Below, piece after piece: positions 11,643-22,162 of a stretch of DNA of 64,000 bases (the first letter of the stretch is position 1; the number at the start of each line of letters is the position of its first letter). Source of the DNA: an uncultured Nitrososphaeraceae archaeon (GTDB lineage Archaea > Thermoproteota > Nitrososphaeria > Nitrososphaerales > Nitrososphaeraceae); assembly GCA_963837175.1 (NCBI GenBank), contig CAWIMJ010000021.1, positions 1 to 64,000 on the forward strand. Direction: 5' to 3'. Under the pieces are notes generated by a model. That model did not search any database, was not told where the DNA came from, and saw only the letters and a program-made list of their open reading frames with translations. A program made the translations under genes and the position numbers.

Positions 11643-11717
11643 CTACTGTAGTTGCAGAGCCTCAATTCTTTTAAGGGAGTAAGTCAGAATAGAGGAATTA
11701 AGATTTCAGGGTAAAAA

Positions 11718-12155
11718 CTATTCTACTGTTTTTGATATCCTTTCTAATGCTTCATCTGTGCCTTCGGAAATGTGTTTTTTTACCATTCTTGTGAACATTC
11801 CAAAAAAACCTGTTATTTTGATATCCCATTCCACGTCTATTCTAGTTTTATTATTTCCTATATCATTTATTATAATATTTTTTGTACCTTTCATTGGTCC
11901 CTCAATAATGCTTATTTCAACTGATTTTTTGGGATTTATCGTCACAATTTGTTTACATACAGAATTTCTAAAACTAATTACTACGTTTCTTTCGATGATG
12001 TTATCTTTCTTTTTTATATTTTTGATAGATTTAGTGCCACGCCAGAATTGTGGTTCTCTATCTACGTCTGATACTATATCCCATACTTTATCAATTGGTG
12101 CAATTATTTCTCTGCTAACTTGAATTGCAACCATGTCTTCTTTAATCATTTTCAA
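11718..12155 (-). CDS. SRPBCC / polyketide cyclase-dehydrase family protein
   Basis: IIAPIDKVWDIVSDVDREPQFW, EGPMKG, C-terminal helix. Confidence 0.88.
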   Translation of the reverse strand: MKMIKEDMVAIQVSREIIAPIDKVWDIVSDVDREPQFWRGTKSIKNIKKKDNIIERNVVISFRNSVCKQIVTINPKKSVEISIIEGPMKGTKNIIINDIGNNKTRIDVEWDIKITGFFGMFTRMVKKHISEGTDEALERISKTVE

Positions 12156-12552
12156 CTATTTGGATATATCTAACTACTAAGAATGTGTTATCAAATACTA
12201 TAGAGAGAATAAGATAAAGTTAGGGGCGCTATTATAATTCCAATAAGTATCGAACGTCTACAATTCGAGATCTGTTGCTCTATTCAGCCCCCATGTCTTC
12301 CCAAAATTGATTCGGCCATAGAAAGATGATGACTCTAGCTTCTCTTTTGACAACTGTTTTTTGTTAGACTCAATCTTCGTGGTGCCATCAACTATACAAC
12401 ATTAGTAAATAAATCTAATTTCATAGAGACCTTTGCTACGAGTAATGCCTTATTTTGATTCTTCATTGGAAAGAATACTTAATCAGTTGTTGCCCTTTTA
12501 TTCAATTATAGAATATTTTCCTTGCAAGTAAAATTAATATGATCGCTAAAGA

Positions 12553-12578
12553 TTTAAATACTATTGATTAGTATACTA
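12553..12578 (+). promoter_or_regulatory. TATA box plus candidate MarR operator
   Basis: TTTAAATA at 12553-12560 followed by the palindrome TAGTATACTA at 12569-12578, just before the probable ATG at 12594. Confidence 0.4.
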
Positions 12579-13142
12579 TCTATTAGAATTATTATGCAGA
12601 AGTATGACTTTGAAAATAGTATCGGATTTATAGTTAACCAAGCAGCTAAGGCTTTTGTCAAGGCTCTTGATTCTGAATTACGTCAGAAAGTGGGTATCAC
12701 TATTGGTCAATGGAAGGTTATGGTTATACTCGTCAACCAAAATGGGCTTGCTCAAAAGGAGATTGCTGAGAAATTGGCGCTTGAGGGTCCAACTCTTATT
12801 CCAATAATAGACAAAATGGAGAAGGAAGGTTTAGTGATAAGAAAGGTAGATCCAAATGATAGAAGAAATAATAGAATTTACCGTACTGAAAAGGCAAATA
12901 CATTGTGGAATAGTATGATTGAATGCGGATTGAAAATAAGAGAAGTCTCTATAAAAGACATACCAGACGAAAATGTCAAGATAATGAAGAATGCATTAGA
13001 AAAAATGTGGCAAAATCTTAGACTTAATTTTAATGATGATTGTACCATTATAGATAATACAATAACTACAACTACCAATGGTACTACTACTGCAAACACT
13101 GCTACCACTACGATCCCTGCAAAGAACAAGGAAAATTATTAG
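12564..13142 (+). CDS. MarR family transcriptional regulator
   Basis: GITIGQW, LAQKEIAEKL, IDKMEKEGLVIR..DPNDRR; start is probably ATG 12594. Confidence 0.93.
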   Translation: MISILSIRIIMQKYDFENSIGFIVNQAAKAFVKALDSELRQKVGITIGQWKVMVILVNQNGLAQKEIAEKLALEGPTLIPIIDKMEKEGLVIRKVDPNDRRNNRIYRTEKANTLWNSMIECGLKIREVSIKDIPDENVKIMKNALEKMWQNLRLNFNDDCTIIDNTITTTTNGTTTANTATTTIPAKNKENY

Positions 13143-13150
13143 AATGAAAA

Positions 13151-14797
13151 GTGGTGATACAAATGAAATCATCAAAAAAAAATACAGATAATTATAATTC
13201 AAAGCATACTCTACACGATACTGCATCCTCTGTAAAGATTCCATCTTATGCGTGGAAGGTACTTGCTGTATTAAGCTGCATTGCTACTATGGTAATGTAT
13301 GCAGAAACAATGTTGATACCGGCTATTCCTGATCTTATCAAAGAATTTCATGTATCATATAGTATGTCATCATGGATCCTTACAGCTTATCTAATATCTG
13401 GAGCAGTTATGACTCCAATAGCTGGCAAATTATCAGACATCTATGGCAGAAAGAAAATTTTATTGATTATAATGGTGATTTATGCAGTAGGTGTTTCTAC
13501 TGCTGGATTTGCTACAAATATCTACTTTATGATAATTGCTAGAGCCATTCAAGGTATAGGGATGTCGATGTTTCCTATTGCGTTTGGTATTATAAGAGAT
13601 CAATTTCCAAGAGAAAAAATATCGATAGGTCAAGGTGTAATCACGTCTATGTTCGCATCTGGTGCGGTAATAGGTCTATCTGTCGGGGGGTTTATAATTC
13701 AGGACTACGGATGGAGAGCCACATTCTTTACAATAATACCTATTGCAATTGCTCTTCTCTTGATTATAAGGCATTTCATTCATGTAAATCAAGATGAACA
13801 AAAAGAGTATCACCAGGGAAAACATGAACAACAGTCTCATGTTACAAATAAAGACCCGCAAAAGAATATAGATAATGCAAAAAGTAATAATGGCAAATCG
13901 GCAAATCAAATCGATATAAAAGGTGCATTACTATTAGCTATTGCTATTACCTCATTCTTATTAGTATTGACGTTCATTGAAACATCTGGCAGTAGCAATA
14001 GCACTACTAGTATTGGCAATACTTATGATAATGATAATGATAATAATACTTCGATACAAATTGTCGCTTTTCTTATTGTAGGAATTATTTCGCTTTTGCT
14101 ATTCATAATTATAGAAAGACGATCTAAACACCCATTAGTGGATTTTAGGTTAATGCTCAACAAGTCCATACTACCAGCTAATTTGATTATAATGATCGTA
14201 GGTATGTCTATGTTTATGGTATTTCAGACAATACCAATATTGGTAAGAAATCCTGAACCAATAGGATTTGGCGAAAATGCCATAAGCACTGGTAAAGTAC
14301 AGTTGCCGTTTGCAATAATACTCTTAATTTTTGGTCCAACCTCTGGTTTCATAATATCAAAATTAGGCTCACTAAAACCAATCATAGCAGGTACGATTAT
14401 TACTGCCATAGGCTTCTTCGGTCTATTAATACTTCATTCAACCGAATTCTTAGTGTCAGTAAACCTCGCCATTTTATCTACTGGACTATCATTGACTAGC
14501 GTTGGAGCTATGAATGTAATTATACTTTCAACACCAAAACAATTTAGTGGAATATCGTTAGGAATGAGCAGTCTTATGAGAATTATAGGGGCTTCAATAG
14601 GTCCTGCTTTAGCTGGTATGTTTATGCAAACACATCAATCGATACTAAATATTAATGGTGTAGTACAGTATTTCCCATCAACTATATCATTTAACTTGAT
14701 ATTTCTTTCTGCTGCGGTATTATCCATTGCATCAATAGCATTAGCAATATTACTAAGACAAAAGGCGATCAAAATGGCAATACCGAACCTTGTTTAA
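13151..14797 (+). CDS. MFS transporter (DHA2-like, 14 TM)
   Basis: WILTAYL, GKLSDIYGRKK motif A, ARAIQGIG, GWRATF, PLVDFRL. Confidence 0.93.
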   Translation: MVIQMKSSKKNTDNYNSKHTLHDTASSVKIPSYAWKVLAVLSCIATMVMYAETMLIPAIPDLIKEFHVSYSMSSWILTAYLISGAVMTPIAGKLSDIYGRKKILLIIMVIYAVGVSTAGFATNIYFMIIARAIQGIGMSMFPIAFGIIRDQFPREKISIGQGVITSMFASGAVIGLSVGGFIIQDYGWRATFFTIIPIAIALLLIIRHFIHVNQDEQKEYHQGKHEQQSHVTNKDPQKNIDNAKSNNGKSANQIDIKGALLLAIAITSFLLVLTFIETSGSSNSTTSIGNTYDNDNDNNTSIQIVAFLIVGIISLLLFIIIERRSKHPLVDFRLMLNKSILPANLIIMIVGMSMFMVFQTIPILVRNPEPIGFGENAISTGKVQLPFAIILLIFGPTSGFIISKLGSLKPIIAGTIITAIGFFGLLILHSTEFLVSVNLAILSTGLSLTSVGAMNVIILSTPKQFSGISLGMSSLMRIIGASIGPALAGMFMQTHQSILNINGVVQYFPSTISFNLIFLSAAVLSIASIALAILLRQKAIKMAIPNLV

Positions 14798-15155
14798 ACA
14801 ATCAGTCAATACTATAGGTAATACTTAGTGTAATCCAATCTATTGTGTCATTCATATTATTTCTTGGAAACTAGCTTTTTATACTGATGTAAAATGGAAA
14901 ATATCTCTTCCTAATGCATTATTCATGCCCCTCTAGAGATACTATTTTTTATTTATTGTAATATGGTGCAGGTGATAATAAGAAATCTATCAAGGGTTAA
15001 ATAATACGCTTTGAATAAAATGATATATGGTATCTTCAATTCTGCTAAGCTCCCCTAATAATTTTCTAACACTTGTCTTATTTTAGACTATAACACCTAA
15101 ATTGAGTATATGAATTTATCAGAGTATGGGATACTTACTAATAACCTTAAATTTA

Positions 15156-15692
15156 TCATATCTTGTTATTCAAAACACGTTCTCTAACTTCCATCCGAAT
15201 ATACACAAGCATAAAGTGAACGCTTATACAATCTTCTAATCTTTCATCAATTTCTGTGCGTGTTAACTCTCTATAGTTTGTTTCTCCATTATTCCCATAA
15301 GATATTAGTCGAATTGTATCTGTCAAATCCTTAGCCAAAAATTCGTCAGATGTATCAAGCATCGAATGAGCTAGCCAATCAAGGTAATTTCTAATTTTTC
15401 CGAGCTCATTTATTAATGTTGGATATTCTTGAAGTAAATCCGCGTAATGCAATAACAGAATCCTTTCAAGTATGTCGATACTATACGAAAACGTATAATC
15501 TCTATTGCTATTTAGAATAAGCGACACAAACTGTTTACGTTTATCTTCATCAGGACAGAAATGATATGAAATAATATCTCTAACAAGTTGTTCAATAGGA
15601 ATTACAGTGGTTAAATAAGCTCCCCGTATGATTACATCAAAGTGATTAAGTTTGCCAAGTTGTTTGTTTTTATCAATATGGGCATCAGACAA
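15156..15692 (-). CDS. Hypothetical helical protein, weak HEPN/MltR-like resemblance
   Basis: N-terminal IE..V..II helix and KIRNYLDWLAHS segment. Confidence 0.6.
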   Translation of the reverse strand: MSDAHIDKNKQLGKLNHFDVIIRGAYLTTVIPIEQLVRDIISYHFCPDEDKRKQFVSLILNSNRDYTFSYSIDILERILLLHYADLLQEYPTLINELGKIRNYLDWLAHSMLDTSDEFLAKDLTDTIRLISYGNNGETNYRELTRTEIDERLEDCISVHFMLVYIRMEVRERVLNNKI

Positions 15693-16603
15693 TTTTAATT
15701 CTGTAGAATATTGTAGACTATTATAATATTTGCCAACAGGATGTAATAACTAATTAAATTGCAATAGATATAATCAATGTCTAAATTCTGCAAATGGGTT
15801 GAATCCCATAATAATATTATCATCTTGAAATTATAAATGCTTCAAGACTTTAAACGGGTAAAATAATAAATCTGATTAACGGTCACATGCTTATAAAATT
15901 GTATATGTTACATATTTCGGTATTATATTCCTCAATTCCTTGAAGGTCAAGATTTGATTTTATCGACATCATAAATGGTCAATCCTCATTTGTTTTAATA
16001 CCATTCAAGATCGGCAGCCAGTCGGTGGAATAAGAAGTTATCCATATATGAAATAAACAATTCTTGAAATAATCAAACATCATAGTCTAGGAATAAGAAT
16101 GCTGCTATTGACTGGCTTAATGTGGAATATGCAATCATTGTATTAATCTTATCTTATCATCAGTTGCACTTTTTCTAAAAGACATTAACTATAACTTCTG
16201 ACATAACTTAAGAAAACTAAATAGGAATTACTACTCTCATCTGCTGATTAAAGAAGAAAAATTTTTTACTTAACATCAAACAGCAATTGATAATTAAAGT
16301 AAATTATTTTTAGTCTCATTACCCATATAGTTTCTATAGTAATATCTATAGAAATATCTATAGTAATATCTTCAATGTATAAGATTAAATTTTCAACTGC
16401 TGTCTCGTGACGAAATTGTGTATGCCATTCATTCGATCCTTGTTTTATTATTTACTCAGCTATTAGCAAGTTTTATCAGATAAAAAAGGTTTCTATATCT
16501 AAAAGTTAAATTGGTATTATTGATAGATTTTATTTAATGGAACAATTTATGATACAGAATCTTTAAGAATCTTGCTTATAATATATATAAATAACGACCA
16601 TAT

Positions 16604-16861
16604 ATGTCTATTAACAATCCTATAAACGAACAATTAAAACAGTTTGAAAATATAAAACGAAAACTAGAGAGTCCAGAAATACAACGAATAGTTGATAAGA
16701 ATTTAGATAAACTAAGAGAACAAAATCGTAAGATTCACTCAGAGGTTCTAAAACAGTCTATTGAAAAAATGGAATTGTTAATTATAGATGATGATTTAAT
16801 AGCTGCAGCGGGCTACAAAATATATATTGAACATTTAATTTCCTTAGCACAGCATCTATGA
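16604..16861 (+). CDS. Hypothetical coiled-coil protein
   Basis: 85-aa ORF with an upstream TATA-like run. Confidence 0.55.
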   Translation: MSINNPINEQLKQFENIKRKLESPEIQRIVDKNLDKLREQNRKIHSEVLKQSIEKMELLIIDDDLIAAAGYKIYIEHLISLAQHL

Positions 16862-17263
16862 TCTTATATAAGCATTTATAAGCATTCAGAAATTACAAAT
16901 GATAATGGCATATTAATAATATTAAGATAAATTCTTAGCATTGAATATAGATTCATCTGTGTATTATACCATTACAAATCTTTGTATTAGTTGTCAGAAA
17001 GCTATAATATACTTTAAAAGGTAATTTCTAATTAAAAATTTATGTGCAAATAATATATGCTTGCGGTTACGATAAAGAGTCATTGATAAGCAACAAACAA
17101 GGAGGAATTAAATAATACTAAACATCAACATCAATACTTTTAAAAAGCGAAAAATAAATCTATTTTAAAGTATGGATAAAACATCAAACATGATATAAAA
17201 CAAGATTTTAGAGGTTTAGATAAGTCATTACAGTAAAGAGATAGCAGTATTCTCTCTTATTTA

Positions 17264-17389
17264 TTATTCTCCAATTGAAGTAACCTCATCTGAATGAACT
17301 CTTTGATAGTGAATATCAGCATCATATTTTGTAAGGAATTCCTTCGCACAGATCTGGCATCTAAATGTACCTCCTTCATAATCTGACAT
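17264..17389 (-). CDS. C2H2 zinc-finger microprotein (41 aa), not in the ORF track
   Basis: MSDYEGGTFRCQICAKEFLTKYDADIHYQRVHSDEVTSIGE: F-x-C-x2-C-x3-F-x8-H-x4-H. Confidence 0.85.
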   Translation of the reverse strand: MSDYEGGTFRCQICAKEFLTKYDADIHYQRVHSDEVTSIGE

Positions 17390-18092
17390 TTATTATATCC
17401 CTAGTATTGATTATGTAGATATTGTTATAAAGATTTTTAAAATGTCTTAATGGAATTTATCATATTTTCTCACGCATCACTAACATTATCTGCTGGAATT
17501 GATTATAGGAGAACACAATCTCAATTTGCATTGACATCTTTATAACGTAAGATGCCATTATATATGATAATACATTTTCGCTACAATTTAATTAGAAAAA
17601 TTAATCATGATAGATTTTACACGTTCCTCTTTTCTATATTTATTCATCCATTTTATGAAGAATGAGAAAGAAATCCGATTGTAAAAACCAAGGAAGGATA
17701 TAGAACATCCTAACCATTGAACTATACAAACATAATATATCCGATATTCAAAATTACTCAAATTCTTTTACCTCCTGAATTTCAAGTATCTGAGCATCTT
17801 TTACTATATTGATATAGCTAGCTTTCTAAGCAAATAGTGTAGCCAGCAGTTTCGCATTATATGACACGTCTATGATTACATTTTGAAATCTATCGACCAT
17901 ACAATCAGTATGCACTATGAGAGATTAAAAGTGATGGTGATATTAAATACGTTGAGTTATAATTTTTGAATATAAATTGCCCTATGTATAATTATTATAA
18001 AATCATCCGACAGATATAAGGATGATATTCGGATTTACACTTGTGAATCCTTCTATCTATCTTATATAGTTTGTCTACCTGTAAGACAATTA

Positions 18093-18320
18093 TTGTCATC
18101 AGTAGACATTATAGGAAAAGTCCTTCATGATAACATAGGTAAATCTGTACTCATAAAATTAAAGGGAAGAAAGATAATCACAGGTACCTTACTTCGATTC
18201 GATCAACAGATGAATTTGTTCCTACGAGACTCAGTAGAATTATTAGAAGAACATGGCAAGTCCAATAAACTTGGTACTATTCTGATCAGAGGCGACAATG
18301 TAATTACTGTATCTATCTAG
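18093..18320 (+). CDS. LSm (Sm-like) RNA-binding protein
   Basis: Sm1 GTLLRFDQQMNLFL and Sm2 ILIRGDNV. Confidence 0.93.
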   Translation: MSSVDIIGKVLHDNIGKSVLIKLKGRKIITGTLLRFDQQMNLFLRDSVELLEEHGKSNKLGTILIRGDNVITVSI

Positions 18321-19437
18321 GGTACTGAATAAGTCTAATTTCAAACTCAAACATTTGCCAATTATTTACACACAACAATTATTGACAGATTGCTTGATAT
18401 AACTCCAAAAAAGAAGTAATGCTAAACGGAAACTAGTAAGACTTATCCGTAATATAGCGAGGCCGCATACAGACTACTAGAATTCCCATATCCAACTAAG
18501 AAGTAACATTGTGATTATTATGAGCATTACACAAGTTGAATAGGTAATTAAAGAAGCTTTGAATATGTTTTCTTATTATTATTCCGATACAGAATATATT
18601 ATGCATTAGTCTGCTAAACAAAGCTTGTCTTGATACTACGAAGTATCATAAAAATCAGGGTTATTTGTAATCAGTACTTTTCACTTTTCATAATGCTTTA
18701 AAGTTATACTCTCAACCTATCTTAATTTATCTATCAGAATACAAAATTATGTAGTTGTTGTTTATTACTTAGTCATTCTTCTTTACTAGTGATATGCTAT
18801 TATTGTATTGATGCTACCTCTTCTTCTACTCATCGTTATCAACAGTAGTAATAGTAATTGTTGGTATCATAGTGATTGTGGCTGCGGCTGCTCGTCCTGA
18901 TCTCCTTTCTGTTCTTCTTCAGAATCATTTCTCTATTGGGTTTTGTATTATAATCACCATCAGTATCATAGGCATTGTGTAGCATTTCTTCCTGCACTTG
19001 CTAGTGCAATAGTTATTAAGCGCTATTTAGATTCCTAGACGAATGTGATACCATCTTCTACAATGCTGCCATCAGAAGCCATATTTAGCCTTCTTTCATT
19101 ACAATCTATAACTAAAGATAACGCGTGAAGTCTATCATGATATGATATATTTAGATTACTTCCTTTCCGGAACATAGGGGTAATACGTAATTTTTTAAAA
19201 AATAATATTCTCATGGATGTAGCAAATGGTTATAGCAGTCTGATGTGATTTTGGTCTTATATCGTTTCTGACGAATTTCTCGACGTTTCTCTGCAGAGGA
19301 GTGTAACTATGATTGTATACAAGACATACTTGTTAACAGATTTTTCTAAAGGTATTCCATTAGCTGTATAAATTAACATTGTCAATTCACATAGTTACAC
19401 AATGTCTTTATTTTAGATTTTTGAATCTGTTACCAAG

Positions 19438-19977
19438 GTGAAACAGAAGAAGATGATGATAAATAATTTAAGGAGAGAAATGCTCGCAATAAGTATTCTA
19501 GCAATCTTTTCGTTGATTATGCTCATGGCTCCATCAACAAGATCTGTAGTTGCTGCCACCACCACTACACAAAGCAGCAATAAATTTGTTGCAAAATTAA
19601 CAGGTAAAGATGAAGTACCACCCAAGAATACCAAGGCAACAGGTACTGCTAATTTTGAACTTAGTATTAATGGAAATATGTTGAAGTACAAGGTTAATGT
19701 AATGAACATCGATAAGGTCACACAAGCACACATACATAGTGGTAAAGTAGGTCAAAATGGTGATGTCGTAGTTACCTTATTCAAATCTCAAACACCCACT
19801 GGTCCAAAAAGTGGAATCTTGTCACAAGGAGACGTTACCTCTGCTAATCTTGAGGGACCGTTGAAGGGTAAACAGATATCTGATTTAATCAAACTCATAA
19901 ACACTGGTGGAGCATATGTCAATGTTCATACAGAAATGAATCCCAAAGGCGAAATTCGTGGGCAAATATCCAAATGA
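19438..19977 (+). CDS. Secreted CHRD domain protein
   Basis: LTGKDEVPP..TKATG, AHIHSG, YVNVHTEMNPKGEIRGQI. Confidence 0.95.
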   Translation: MKQKKMMINNLRREMLAISILAIFSLIMLMAPSTRSVVAATTTTQSSNKFVAKLTGKDEVPPKNTKATGTANFELSINGNMLKYKVNVMNIDKVTQAHIHSGKVGQNGDVVVTLFKSQTPTGPKSGILSQGDVTSANLEGPLKGKQISDLIKLINTGGAYVNVHTEMNPKGEIRGQISK

Positions 19978-20325
19978 AACTTTGTTTTAAATAATGCAAT
20001 TATAGGTACAACAGCAGTGTATACAAAGAGATAATGTAGCATCAAATAAAACCAATCAATTTAATTCTCATGGATGACTATTGTTATCCTATTTTTATTT
20101 TTTGATAACTAGAATGGCACTTTTCCCCATATTGCTTTATCAACAGCATATGCACTTCCCTACGAGTCTGCTTCTGTGTCAATTAATTGGTTGTAGATAG
20201 ACGGTTTCTCAATTTTTAGCATTATTATTCTTCTTCTTCTTTTATCCTTCTCGCAAAAACTGAAACAACACTATACTATATACAACCTTGTCTGCTACTT
20301 TATACTGTATTGTCAAATTAATATA

Positions 20326-21063
20326 ATGCTCGATAATAATTATCAAATTTCAAGGTATTATGTTATAGGAATAATGAAACGCAGTATAATTAGGGACACT
20401 ATGAATTGGAATAGTATAATAAAAAAAGAGGTAAGAGGTATTAATGATGCATACCTTGGCATAGTACAGGGAATTAGTGAGCCTTTTATAATAACTAAGA
20501 AAGGAATTATAATCAAGGAGAACTTCTTTATTCCAAAAAATTTGCTAGAAGGATATGACGATACTATAGTATATTGTAAAATAGCTGAAAAAGAAGCGAG
20601 AAATAACTTTAAGAGAAATTTACAGCCTCTCCATGAGGATTGTTATTCTGATTCTATGATAACTGACATAAATGAAGAAGGTAAATTACAAAATAACATA
20701 AATGAAAAAAATATAAGAAATAATACTTTTGTATACGACAAAGCAGAACTTATCAAAAATATAAAGGGAACGTCAAATGAGATTACAGAAATAATACAAG
20801 CAGTAGTCAGAATAGCAGAACAAAAGATCAAAGAAGCACAAATTGTAATAAAAAGGCTTGAGGAAGTGAACTTAGAAACTATTGCCAGAAAAACATCTAA
20901 TAAAATTAAAAGACTATTATATGCTGGATTTAAAGTAGCAGCAAATCTATCTAAAATGTCACAATTTGCAATCCAGTTGTCAAATTCATTTGAATATATA
21001 TTATCTAACGTTAGAAGACGAACATATTCGCAACGAGAACGCATACAGCGTTTCTCAAAATAA
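20326..21063 (+). CDS. Hypothetical protein with a PRC-barrel-like N-terminal domain and helical tail
   Basis: KKEVRGINDAYLGIVQ...FFIPK..LEGYD pattern; start uncertain. Confidence 0.6.
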   Translation: MLDNNYQISRYYVIGIMKRSIIRDTMNWNSIIKKEVRGINDAYLGIVQGISEPFIITKKGIIIKENFFIPKNLLEGYDDTIVYCKIAEKEARNNFKRNLQPLHEDCYSDSMITDINEEGKLQNNINEKNIRNNTFVYDKAELIKNIKGTSNEITEIIQAVVRIAEQKIKEAQIVIKRLEEVNLETIARKTSNKIKRLLYAGFKVAANLSKMSQFAIQLSNSFEYILSNVRRRTYSQRERIQRFSK

Positions 21064-21568
21064 TTCATCAGCAGAAATGAAATATCTCACGATATAAGAT
21101 AAAGATAGACAGTTCAACTTACCTTAGCAACAAGAATAATATTACAAGAATTTCTGCCTTCAAGTGAAGTTTATACAAGAAAACAAGTTATGAGTAATAA
21201 AATTAAAATGATATAAAATAAGCAAAATGAATGGGGGAAGAATCATGAAGATATGTTTTTAGATAAATTGGCAGGACAAATACTAGCGAACTTAATTGTC
21301 CATCACAAATATCAGAGTCTCAGTATAATATCTCTTCTTTTCAGTTTTAAGCAGTAAATTCTCAATTTTTGAACGGGATTATGAAGTGTTTAGAAACAAT
21401 TAAGCTGATATAGAATAATCAAATATCACGAAAAATATAAAAAATCGTTTTTACTTTAGGATAAGCGTCCTATATAGTCTTTATATTAATAATTGCGAAC
21501 TGTCAGAATGTTCTAAGAGAACAAAAGAATAATATTTGTACGAGTTTCTATTTGGTTATAAAAGGAGG

Positions 21569-21847
21569 TTACCGTCTCCTTGCGACTATTGTATGAGTCT
21601 GCTCTACATACCACCGGACCTTATCCTTGAAATTAGACCACCAATCAAGGAATGAATCACTACTATCTGCTTCAAATATCAAGAATCCATTGTATTCTGT
21701 TCCCCATGCGTGATCATATTCACCTACTAGCTCAATACCCGAGGGCAAGCTATTTTTCAGCTCTCGCCATTCAGTATTAGCTTTCTGGGCTTCCTCTTTA
21801 CTCATTGCTTTGAATCGGTAAAACACTAAGAACGTAGCTGGAGTCAT
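21569..21847 (-). CDS. Small dimeric alpha/beta-barrel-like (GYD-like) protein
   Basis: GEYDHAWGTEYNGFLIFEADS pattern. Confidence 0.65.
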   Translation of the reverse strand: MTPATFLVFYRFKAMSKEEAQKANTEWRELKNSLPSGIELVGEYDHAWGTEYNGFLIFEADSSDSFLDWWSNFKDKVRWYVEQTHTIVARRR

Positions 21848-22162
21848 ACAGTTTGTTCGAATTTATAATATTAATAAGTTCTCCAACATTTTTAGTGCTT
21901 TTTACAAGTTCTTTTATTTATAAAATCTTTGAATTATTGGAATTACCATTCTATCTGTGAATACGTTCAAGCCATAGTCAATAGACTATTATTCATATCC
22001 TCTAGCATACATATAAACAACAATAATATTCGCAATTGCATCATAGTAACTGTTGTAAATTGTTTTGTCGACAGAGTACTTCCGGCAATTTACCAGTTTT
22101 TAAATTCCATAATTTTTTCCTGATAAGATTTAATTTTTAGTCCATCAGTTCTGTAATTAACA

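Noticed and set aside
11373-12155. AbrB plus SRPBCC as a toxin-antitoxin pair
   Set aside because: The SRPBCC gene lies outside the IR/TSD boundaries and has no toxin motif; the adjacency results from the insertion
16333-16371. 12-bp tandem repeat TCTATAG(T/A)AATA x3
   Set aside because: Short, AT-rich, not tied to a gene start; most likely slippage
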